This document shows positions 31,229 through 39,766 of a stretch of DNA of 64,000 bases, one piece after another. Position numbers and translations under genes: made by a program. Source of the stretch: Collinsella aerofaciens. GTDB taxonomy: Bacteria; Actinomycetota; Coriobacteriia; Coriobacteriales; Coriobacteriaceae. The stretch's first letter is position 1; each line of letters opens with the position of its first letter. Under the pieces are notes generated by a model. That model saw only the letters and a program-made list of their open reading frames with translations, did not search any database and was not told the DNA's origin. The stretch spans positions 73 to 64,072 of the forward strand of contig DBGFJU010000042.1 in the NCBI GenBank assembly GCA_048529485.1. Direction: 5' to 3'.

Positions 31229-33694
31229 CTACTCCACCGGTTTGAAGATGGTGGCCTGACCGAAGACGCTGCGGATGAGGTCTTTGGCCTCGTCCTCGGT
31301 CTGCGGGATGCTCGGGACTGCGCCCTGGTGGCCGAAGGGGCTGCCGGCGCCGGGGCTGGACCCCCAGGGAGCTGCAGGAGCGTCCTCCTCTTTGGGGACA
31401 GCTACAGCGGACTTGGGCGCGGGCGTCGCACCCGGCACGTCGAACGGAGGCAGATCGTCCCCGCTCGCATCGCCAGCGAAGCCGCCGACCATAGCGTCGT
31501 CGTAGGGCACCTGTTCGGATTCCCACGGCGCGGACTGCGCGACAGGCTGGGCCTTGGGAGCAGCCGAGCGCTCGGGCGCACAGGGTGCGGGCTCGGTCGG
31601 GAGCTTACCCGTGGCAGGAGCGCCGGCGGGGTTGTCGGAGCGTAGCCAGGGGGCTTTGCCCAGGTCAGACGACTTGGGCGCGGGCGAGACGGGCTTGGGC
31701 GCGGGTGTCGGAGCAGCCGGTTTGGGCGCCGCAGGCTTAGGCGCCGACGAGGTCGATACCGCTACCGGTGCCGCTTGCTGCTGCGTCGCGCTGGCGCTCG
31801 AGGATACAGGGGCCGCCGAGGACACGGGTTGCGGGTCCGCAGATGCCGCAGCCCGTGCAGATGGAGAATGCTCCTCATGTTGAGGAGCCGGCGTGCCACC
31901 CCCATCCAGGACATAGTCGACGGTACGACGACCGAAGACCGCGCAGACCGTCGGCAGGACCACCGACTGCGTATCGGCGCGACCGAGCATCTTGATGGCA
32001 AAAGTCGAACCCGCGGGGAACGAGACCGTGAGCTTGGAGCCGTCGTCGGCCGTGGCGCGGGCGTTGAGCAAAAGCCCTGCGTAGGAGGCCTGACGAGCCT
32101 TGACGCGCTCGACGACCTCGGCCCATTTGCGCTGGAGCTCGCCGGCGTCCTCAACCGCGGGGGTCTCGGCAGCACCGGCGGCGGCAACCTGGGCGGCGTT
32201 GTTGGGCTTGGACACCGACACGGTCGATGCAGCAGGCGCGGAAGCCGGAGCCGCAACGGGCTGAGGTGCAGGCGTTACAGGTCTGGGCGCCGGCGCAGGA
32301 GCCGCGGACTTGGTCGCAGGCTGGGCAGCCGGAACAGCAGCGCCGCGGTCCCAAGGCATACCGCCCTGGCGCGCGGACGTAGCAGCGGGGGCACCGGATG
32401 CCGCCGGAGCGGCAGCACGAGCGCCCGAAATGAGCGTCGGCTGTTGGGCAGCAGCGGGTACGGATGCTGCAGGCGCGGCGGCCTGAGCAGCAGCCACGCT
32501 CGCCGGCACGGCGCCGTTGGCAATCATGGCCTCCAGGCGTGCCACGCGCTCGGCCAATGCCTCAATCGTTAAATCGGCCTCGGGACGCGCCAGACGCGTG
32601 CAGGCAATCTCGAGCACCAGGCGCACGTCGCTCGCGCCCCTCATCTCCAGTGCGGCATCGTCGAGCACCGTCAGCACGCGGGCCAGGCGGTCGGCAGGAT
32701 GCTCGCCAAAGGCAGCGGCCTCGGCAGCAAGCGCCTCGGCCTGCTCGGAGCCGCCCTCAAACAGCTCGGCACGGGCACCGGCAACGCAGGCAACGTACAC
32801 GTCGCGCACATGCGCCACCAGGTCGCGCGTCAGCTCCAGCAGGTCATTGCCCTCCTCGACCTGCGCACGGATCAGTCCATAGAGCTCGGCAACATCGCGA
32901 TCGGCAATGGCGCGGGAAAACTCGCCCAGAATCTGGTCCGAAACCTCGCCCAAAAGCGAGCGGGCGTCGTCCGCATGCACAGAACCGTTGCCAAAGACGC
33001 TCAGCTGCTCCAGCGTGGACAGCGCGTCGCGCATGCCGCCCTTGGCATGGCGCGCCACGATAGCCAGCGCCTCGTCGTCGTAATCGAAGCCCTCCTGCTC
33101 GCACACGTATGCCAAGCGATACTCGATATCCTCGTTGCCGATGCGATGGAAATCGAAACGCTGGCAGCGCGAGAGGATGGTCTCCAGAATCTTTTGCGGG
33201 TCGGTGGTGCACAGCACAAAGATCACGTGTGCCGGCGGCTCCTCAAGCGTCTTGAGCAGCGCGTTGAACGCCGCCGTCGTGAGCATGTGGACCTCGTCGA
33301 TGATATAAATCTTGTACTTGCCGCGCACTGGGGCAAAGTTGACGGAGTTGATGATCTCCTCGCGCACGTTGTCCACGCCGGTACGGCTTGCGGCATCGAG
33401 CTCGTAGACATCCGGGTGGTTGCCCTCGGCGATGAGCTCGCACTCCTCGCAAGTACCGTCGGGCATGCAGCCGCTTGCACCCTCGGCGCGCGCCGCCTCG
33501 GCATTGCGGCACAGCAGCGCCTTGGCCAGAATGCGCGCCATGGTGGTCTTGCCCGTGCCGCGCGGTCCGCAGAACAGGTAGGCGTGGGACAGGCGCCCCT
33601 CGGTGATGGCGTGCTCGAGCGTCGAGACGATATGCTGCTGGCCCACCACGGAGTCGAAGGTGAGCGGGCGATACTTTCGGTACAACGATTCCAT
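31229..33694 (-). CDS. dnaX: DNA polymerase III subunit gamma/tau
   Basis: LYRKYRP, GPRGTGKTT, IIDEVHML, AFNALLKTLEEPP, SRCQRF; long Pro/Ala-rich C-terminal linkers. Confidence 0.97.
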   Translation of the reverse strand: MESLYRKYRPLTFDSVVGQQHIVSTLEHAITEGRLSHAYLFCGPRGTGKTTMARILAKALLCRNAEAARAEGASGCMPDGTCEECELIAEGNHPDVYELDAASRTGVDNVREEIINSVNFAPVRGKYKIYIIDEVHMLTTAAFNALLKTLEEPPAHVIFVLCTTDPQKILETILSRCQRFDFHRIGNEDIEYRLAYVCEQEGFDYDDEALAIVARHAKGGMRDALSTLEQLSVFGNGSVHADDARSLLGEVSDQILGEFSRAIADRDVAELYGLIRAQVEEGNDLLELTRDLVAHVRDVYVACVAGARAELFEGGSEQAEALAAEAAAFGEHPADRLARVLTVLDDAALEMRGASDVRLVLEIACTRLARPEADLTIEALAERVARLEAMIANGAVPASVAAAQAAAPAASVPAAAQQPTLISGARAAAPAASGAPAATSARQGGMPWDRGAAVPAAQPATKSAAPAPAPRPVTPAPQPVAAPASAPAASTVSVSKPNNAAQVAAAGAAETPAVEDAGELQRKWAEVVERVKARQASYAGLLLNARATADDGSKLTVSFPAGSTFAIKMLGRADTQSVVLPTVCAVFGRRTVDYVLDGGGTPAPQHEEHSPSARAAASADPQPVSSAAPVSSSASATQQQAAPVAVSTSSAPKPAAPKPAAPTPAPKPVSPAPKSSDLGKAPWLRSDNPAGAPATGKLPTEPAPCAPERSAAPKAQPVAQSAPWESEQVPYDDAMVGGFAGDASGDDLPPFDVPGATPAPKSAVAVPKEEDAPAAPWGSSPGAGSPFGHQGAVPSIPQTEDEAKDLIRSVFGQATIFKPVE

Positions 33695-33809
33695 GGGTGC
33701 TCCCCCGGGTATACTGAGTCTTGTTGCCGCGGCGGCCATGCGGTCGCACGGCATACTGCATTCATAATAACCCGTACGGCGAGCCCGCCGCGATAGGAGT
33801 CCAAAGAGC

Positions 33810-34526
33810 ATGGCAGACGCAGAGAGCAACCTCGTTCCCTCCGAAGCAGCCGACCAGGTCGAGGTCGCGCTCGAGACGCAGGCAGCAGCCGATGACGGCA
33901 TCCTGTACCTCAACGAGTATCAGTACGAAAACGACCTCGTCACCGATTTCGCCCGCTTGGTTGCCTCGCCCAGGCGCCGCGGCTCCCTGTACGTCGCCGC
34001 CGCGATTGCCGCGCTCATCGGCATCGGCATGCTGGTGGCCGGCGGCAACTGGATCAAGTTCGGCGTCGTCCTCATCGTATTCGGCGCCTTTTTGGCCTGG
34101 TGGAGCAAAAATCTGCACCATACGCTTGCGCGCGACTTTATCGAAGCCGTCGAGGCAGACGAGTCCATGGGCGGCCGCTACCGCCGCGTCGCCGCCAACG
34201 AGGACGGCCTGATGGTCTGGGGCAAGAGCGGCAAGTCGCAGTTCTTCCCGTTTGAGAAGCTCGACCACGTACTCGACGGCGAGCGCATCTTTGTGGCCAT
34301 GTTCGCCGACCAGGGCGTGACGATCCCTAAGGACACCTTTGTGCGTGGCGATGCCGAGCAGTTTGGCACCTTCCTTAAGGCACGCATCAACAAAAAGCTG
34401 CGCATCGAGACCAAACGCAAGAAGATGAAGGCAGAAAAGGCCGCCGTCGAGGCCAAGCAGGGCGACAAGCCCCAGGAGACCAAGGGCAAGCAGCGCAAGC
34501 AGAAGAAGAACAAGAAAAAGCGCTAA
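33810..34526 (+). CDS. YcxB-like membrane protein
   Basis: Two TM helices, C-terminal IPKDTF motif, Lys-rich tail. Confidence 0.6.
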   Translation: MADAESNLVPSEAADQVEVALETQAAADDGILYLNEYQYENDLVTDFARLVASPRRRGSLYVAAAIAALIGIGMLVAGGNWIKFGVVLIVFGAFLAWWSKNLHHTLARDFIEAVEADESMGGRYRRVAANEDGLMVWGKSGKSQFFPFEKLDHVLDGERIFVAMFADQGVTIPKDTFVRGDAEQFGTFLKARINKKLRIETKRKKMKAEKAAVEAKQGDKPQETKGKQRKQKKNKKKR

Positions 34527-34670
34527 GGCCAAGCCAGGCAGGCAGCCTCGCATCCCGCTATCCTCCCCATGCACCCGAGCGTGCTACACTAGCAGCATCT
34601 ATGCCACCGCGAACGGCTCGGCTCCGCGCCCGCCACTCGCAAACGAACTTTAAACGCACGAGGGTTGGCC

Positions 34671-36524
34671 ATGCCGCTTTTCTCGCAACATACCGCCCGG
34701 TTCTCGCCGGACGTTCCTTTGGAGGGCACCAGCTCTCGCGAGCTGCTCAAGCGGTACCAGCCGCTCGAGACACTTGCGACCGGCGGTTTTGGCTCCATCG
34801 AGATCTGCCGCGACACGCACCTGCGCCGCCGCGTCGCCATTAAACGCATCCCCCTTATCAACGGTGCCGGCATGCCCGCTAGCGACATCATGGATGTCCT
34901 GCGCGAGGCGCACACTGCCGCCATGCTTCAACATCCCAACATCGTGCAGGTCATCGACTTTACGCACGACACAGCCTATGCCTACCTGGTTATGGAATAT
35001 GTCGATGGCATGTCGCTGGCCGAGTTTTTGCACCGCGCGGACGGCCACTCACTTACCTTTGACGAGGCCGCGGCCATTGCCGATGCCCTGGGCCAGGCGC
35101 TCACCTTCGCCCACAGTAACGGCGTACTCCACCTGGACATTAAGCCCGCCAACGTGCTCATCGACCACTCGGGCAATGTAAAGCTCACCGACTTTGGCAT
35201 GGCGCGACTGTCGTCCGCCGGTGGCTTTGGCGGCTCGCGCGGCGGCACCATCGGCTACATGCCGCCCGAGCAGCTCGATATCGAGACCGGCACGGTCGAC
35301 GAGCGCGCCGATGTCTTTGCCCTCGCCTGTGTGATCTACGAGGGCCTGTGCGGCAGCGCTCCCTTTATGGCGGCCACGCCCGCCGACTCGCTCGGCCGCA
35401 TCATCGGCGGCGCCACCTATCCCAGCGATCTGATACCACACTTTCCCCCGGGAGCCGAGGCCGCGCTCATGAGCGCGCTCTCCCCCATGCCGCAGGACCG
35501 CCCCAACAGCATCGAGGCATTTTGCGACCAGCTCCTTGCCGGTCTGGGCAGCGTGCGCGAAGGCCGTCGCAGCCTGGAGCAAATGGTTGGCGAACTTTCG
35601 GATGACGAGCAGGAGCTCGACGGTATCGAGCCGTCGCACTACGAGGACGACGCCATCGAGGTCGACCCCGCACTCGGCTGGGCGGGCACGCGCTGGAGCC
35701 ATGCGCGCGACTACACCATGCGCATTATCTCGGCGCTAACGTGCGGCACCTTTAGCTTTTTGCTGATGCAAACGGCCGGGGTCGCGGCGCTTCCCGGCCT
35801 GGTCATTGCGGCCATCGCGATCGGCGCGGCGGCTGGCCTGGCCCCCCAGATTGGCTCGGCCATCTCGGCTGTGGGCTTTTTGGTGCTCATGGCCAACGCC
35901 ACCATGCAGGCACAGGGCATCCTGTCGATGCTGCCCGTCGCGGTGATCTTTGCCGCCGCCATGTCCGGTTGGTGGATCGCCTGGGGTCGTACCGAGGCTG
36001 CCGCGAGCGCCGCGCTCACCTGTGCACTCGCGCTTGGCTGTCTGACCGGCAATACCTTCCTGGCAGCTGGGGTCGCCGCCGGCGTCGCGTCATTTTGGCT
36101 CGGCCCGACAAGCGCCGCCGCGGCAACGGGCATGGGCGCGCTTTTTGCCCGTCTGGCCACGGTCGCGCTTTCAGCCGGAGGCGTGCTGGGGCTCGGTAAC
36201 GTTGCCGCAGCGCTGGGAGACCCGCTCCTTTGGGTCGCCTTTGTGCTGGTCGCGACAACTGCCGCAGCGTCATCCGCGCTGCTCAATGCCCATGCCAAGC
36301 GTGCCGACCAGGGCTCAAACCTTGCCGCAATCGCTGCCATCGCTGTCACCGGCATCGGCTGCGCAGCGGCGTCCTGTCTTGCACACCATATGGAAATTGC
36401 CAGCCTTGCAGCCGCGGTCGTCGCCAAGGCGGCGGTTGCGGGAACCCTATCCTCTATAATCGTTGGGATATGCCTATATTTGCTCGGATACCAAAGAACC
36501 TATACGGAGAGTGATCTTTCGTGA
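34671..36524 (+). CDS. Ser/Thr protein kinase with polytopic C-terminal membrane domain
   Basis: GGFGSI, VAIK, HLDIKPANVL, TDFG, GTIGYMPPE; many TM helices; non-RD (HLD). Confidence 0.9.
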   Translation: MPLFSQHTARFSPDVPLEGTSSRELLKRYQPLETLATGGFGSIEICRDTHLRRRVAIKRIPLINGAGMPASDIMDVLREAHTAAMLQHPNIVQVIDFTHDTAYAYLVMEYVDGMSLAEFLHRADGHSLTFDEAAAIADALGQALTFAHSNGVLHLDIKPANVLIDHSGNVKLTDFGMARLSSAGGFGGSRGGTIGYMPPEQLDIETGTVDERADVFALACVIYEGLCGSAPFMAATPADSLGRIIGGATYPSDLIPHFPPGAEAALMSALSPMPQDRPNSIEAFCDQLLAGLGSVREGRRSLEQMVGELSDDEQELDGIEPSHYEDDAIEVDPALGWAGTRWSHARDYTMRIISALTCGTFSFLLMQTAGVAALPGLVIAAIAIGAAAGLAPQIGSAISAVGFLVLMANATMQAQGILSMLPVAVIFAAAMSGWWIAWGRTEAAASAALTCALALGCLTGNTFLAAGVAAGVASFWLGPTSAAAATGMGALFARLATVALSAGGVLGLGNVAAALGDPLLWVAFVLVATTAAASSALLNAHAKRADQGSNLAAIAAIAVTGIGCAAASCLAHHMEIASLAAAVVAKAAVAGTLSSIIVGICLYLLGYQRTYTESDLS

Positions 36525-37531
36525 ACTTCCTGAACATCTTCGAGGACCACGTGGCCGGCATCTTCGGTGCCACCCGTGCCCCGTTCTCCTTTAAGAAGCT
36601 TGCCAAGCAGGCCGCTCGCGACATGGAGGATCAGACTCTGGTGATCAACGGCGTCAACACGGCGCCGGCACTCTATACCATCCTTATCGCCGCCGACGAC
36701 GATCCCATGCTCGCCCCGTTCTACCCCGAGCTTTCGCGCGAGGTCCGCGAGTTTGTGAAGGCACAGGCCGAAAAGCGCCGCTATGTGTTTGTCGGCGAGC
36801 CCCTCGTGCGCTTTATGATCGATCCGCAGCTGCGTGCCGGCAAGTTCTCGGTCTTTGCCGAGAACGTCGATGCCCCCACGCTCGGCCGCCTGTACGAAGA
36901 AGAGCGCGCCTATCAAAACGGCCTGGGCCAGAACAACTCCGCGGCAAGCCGTGCCGCCAGCGCCCCGCGCGCCGGCCAGCAGCAGTTTGCTGCCCCGCAG
37001 CAGCAGCGCCCCGCCGCCATGCCCCAGCAGCAGCCGACGCCTCGCGCCGCCGCTCCCGACCCGCTTGCCGTGGCAGACCCCTTCGCGCCTAGCATCCCCG
37101 ACCCCGCCGCTCCCATCCCGGTGCCGCAGACCGTCTCGCGTGACGCGCTTGCCGGCATGGGCGGAGCCGCCGCGACCGGTGCCGCCGTGGGCCTAGGCGC
37201 CGCAGCCGGCACCGCCTCCAACATGGCGAGCACTCGCGCCCCGCAGCGTCCGCTCGCCCAGCTCGTCGACGTCGTGAGCGGCGAGAGCCATAGCATCACC
37301 TCCGCACAGGTGACCATCGGTCGCGAGCGCTCAGTTTCCGACATTGCCCTGCGCGACCCCAACGTGTCGCGCCGCCACGCCCAGCTCACCTTTACGGGCT
37401 CGGATTGGTCGATCGAGGATCTCAATTCCACCAACGGCACGCTCGTCAACAACCGCCGCATTACGCGCTGCCCGCTGCGCAACGGCGATCTGCTGACGTT
37501 TGGCCTGAGTACCTTTGAATTTAGGGGATAG
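36521..37531 (+). CDS. fhaA: FhaA-like protein (DUF3662-like + FHA)
   Basis: IGR..DPNVSRRHA..IEDLNSTNGT; position in the pknB cluster. Confidence 0.85.
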   Translation: MNFLNIFEDHVAGIFGATRAPFSFKKLAKQAARDMEDQTLVINGVNTAPALYTILIAADDDPMLAPFYPELSREVREFVKAQAEKRRYVFVGEPLVRFMIDPQLRAGKFSVFAENVDAPTLGRLYEEERAYQNGLGQNNSAASRAASAPRAGQQQFAAPQQQRPAAMPQQQPTPRAAAPDPLAVADPFAPSIPDPAAPIPVPQTVSRDALAGMGGAAATGAAVGLGAAAGTASNMASTRAPQRPLAQLVDVVSGESHSITSAQVTIGRERSVSDIALRDPNVSRRHAQLTFTGSDWSIEDLNSTNGTLVNNRRITRCPLRNGDLLTFGLSTFEFRG

Positions 37532-37537
37532 TCGCTT

Positions 37538-37954
37538 ATGAACATCGATATCGTCCTTTTTGCAGGCCGCATCGTCCTGGTCGCCCTGCTCTATATCTTT
37601 CTGTTCGCCGTCATGAAGACCGGCGTGGGCCTCGTGCGCGGCCAGCGCCGCGACTCGGCTATCTGGACGATCGATGTGGACAAGGGTCCGCGCGGTATCC
37701 GCGGCATCCACGTAGACATGCTCGGCCCCGTCATCGTCGGTCGCTCGCCATCTTCGGACATCTGCATCAACGAACCGTTCGTTTCAGCCTCGCACGCGCG
37801 CTTTTCGCTGCAGGGCCCGGCGCTCATCATCGAGGACCTCAACTCACTTAACGGCACGCTCGTCAACGGCCGCCAACTCGTGGAGCCCGCGACGCTGCGT
37901 GAGGGCGACGAAGTCCAGATTGGCGACGTGGTCATGAAGGTGAACCGTCGATGA
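37538..37954 (+). CDS. fhaB: FhaB-like membrane FHA protein
   Basis: N-terminal TM; VGRS..SASHA..EDLNSLNGT. Confidence 0.85.
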   Translation: MNIDIVLFAGRIVLVALLYIFLFAVMKTGVGLVRGQRRDSAIWTIDVDKGPRGIRGIHVDMLGPVIVGRSPSSDICINEPFVSASHARFSLQGPALIIEDLNSLNGTLVNGRQLVEPATLREGDEVQIGDVVMKVNRR

Positions 37955-39750
37955 TCGACGAGGAGAACAAGTCCGCAACTATGACCGAGGCACCGGCCGC
38001 CGCCACAGCTGCGCCGGCCCACGCCGCTCCGGCGGGCTCCGCACCCGTGGAGCCCGAGGACACCGTGTTCTCCCTGCCTCTTTCGCATGTAACGCATGAT
38101 ATTTCGGATCTCGCCGATAACGAGGACGAAGAGGATGCCGTAGCGGCGCCCATCGGCGCACATGCTGCGGAACAGCCCACAGCGCCCGAAGCAACCCCGG
38201 CGCCGGCTCACTTTGCAGAGCCCGTCGCCGCGGCAATCAACGAGAGCGCTGCGGTGTTTGCGGCACCCGAGCCCGCCGCGCCGGCGTTTCCCATGGCCCC
38301 GGCGTCCGAGGTTGCGCCCGCGTCTACGCCGGCGCCCGAGCCTATAGACGTCAGCCCGCAAGACGACGAGTCGACCGCCCGCGTGTCCGAGGAGCCCGAC
38401 TCCCCGGACACCGGTGATTCCGAATCAAACGCCGTGACCGACACCGTCTCTCCCGGTGACACCGCCGAAATCGACGTTGCCGCCGTTGAGGCCAAGCTCA
38501 AAGACCCCGGCTCGACCATGAGCTTTGAGCCCCTGACCGAGGAGCGCATCGAGACCGACTCGACCTATGATGCCGGTACCACCACGCAACTCATGTGGGG
38601 CGCCCGCTCCGACGTTGGCTGTGTGCGCCCGCACAATGAGGATTCCTACCTGGTGCAGTCGCCGCTCTTTTGCGTATGCGACGGCATGGGTGGTCACGCC
38701 GCCGGCGAGGTGGCCTCTTCTATCGCTGTCGAGACTATAGCCAAGACGGCCCCACAGTCCGCCGACGCAGCACGCCTGGCCGCAGCCGTCGAGGCAGCCA
38801 ACGCCGCCGTAATCGAGGCGGCCCTGAACGGCCTGGGCAAGCCTGGCATGGGCTGTACAGCCACTTGCGCCTATATCGAAAACGACACGCTCGCCATCGC
38901 CCACGTGGGCGACTCGCGCGCCTACCTGCTCCACGAGGGCACGCTCATCCGCGTGACCCGCGACCACTCCTATGTGGAAGAACTCGTGGACGCCGGCGAG
39001 ATTACGGCAGACGAGGCTCGCGTCCACCCCAACCGTTCGGTCATCACCCGTGCGCTGGGCTCGGACCCCGCCATGTATGCCGACCACTTCACTCTGCATA
39101 TCGAGGAAGGCGACCGTCTGATCCTGTGCTCTGACGGCCTTTCGAGCATGATTCCCGATAGCGATATCGAGAACATCGCCACGCAGTCCTCAACCGCGCA
39201 AATCTGCGTCGACAACCTAGTGGACGCGGCGCTTGCCGCCGGCGGCCACGACAACGTGACCGTAGTAGTCGTTGACCTGGTTGACGATGGCGTCATGCGC
39301 GAGGCGCAACGCGTGCGTCGCCGCAACGTTACTATCGCCGCCATCCTGGCCCTCGTCTTTGTGCTGGCAGCTGGCATCTGGGCCTACACGGGTGTCACCG
39401 GCTCGTACTACCTGGGTACCTACCAGGGCAATGTCGCCGTCTGGCGCGGCCTGCCCGGCAAGCCACTCGGACTCAAGCTCCACTGGCTCGAAAGCGAAAC
39501 CAGCATTAAGCTGTCCGACCTGCCCGAAGACACGCAAAACCGCCTCAAGGCGGGCATTCCGCAAACAAGTGTCGACGATGCGCAGGACACGATATCCAAG
39601 TACCGCCACCAGATCGACGAGGAGCAGACCCGCCAGGTGATCGACGCGCAAACGATTCGCGACAACACCAATCAGGGATCGACCTCCGAATCAGATTCCG
39701 AGAAAACCGCCGAACAGTCCGCCGAGGCCGAAGCCTCCGATAAGAATTAG
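37951..39750 (+). CDS. pstP: PP2C-family Ser/Thr phosphatase (PstP/Stp1) with long acidic N-terminal extension
   Basis: RPHNEDS, CDGMGGHAAGEVAS, HVGDSRAY, LCSDGL, GGHDNVT; one TM. Confidence 0.9.
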   Translation: MIDEENKSATMTEAPAAATAAPAHAAPAGSAPVEPEDTVFSLPLSHVTHDISDLADNEDEEDAVAAPIGAHAAEQPTAPEATPAPAHFAEPVAAAINESAAVFAAPEPAAPAFPMAPASEVAPASTPAPEPIDVSPQDDESTARVSEEPDSPDTGDSESNAVTDTVSPGDTAEIDVAAVEAKLKDPGSTMSFEPLTEERIETDSTYDAGTTTQLMWGARSDVGCVRPHNEDSYLVQSPLFCVCDGMGGHAAGEVASSIAVETIAKTAPQSADAARLAAAVEAANAAVIEAALNGLGKPGMGCTATCAYIENDTLAIAHVGDSRAYLLHEGTLIRVTRDHSYVEELVDAGEITADEARVHPNRSVITRALGSDPAMYADHFTLHIEEGDRLILCSDGLSSMIPDSDIENIATQSSTAQICVDNLVDAALAAGGHDNVTVVVVDLVDDGVMREAQRVRRRNVTIAAILALVFVLAAGIWAYTGVTGSYYLGTYQGNVAVWRGLPGKPLGLKLHWLESETSIKLSDLPEDTQNRLKAGIPQTSVDDAQDTISKYRHQIDEEQTRQVIDAQTIRDNTNQGSTSESDSEKTAEQSAEAEASDKN

Positions 39751-39766
39751 AAAGGGAGTGCCGCTT

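Noticed and set aside
31229..33694. Programmed frameshift in dnaX, and SRP RNA upstream
   Set aside because: No A6G or long A slippery run seen in the coding strand and no ffs-like sequence recognised
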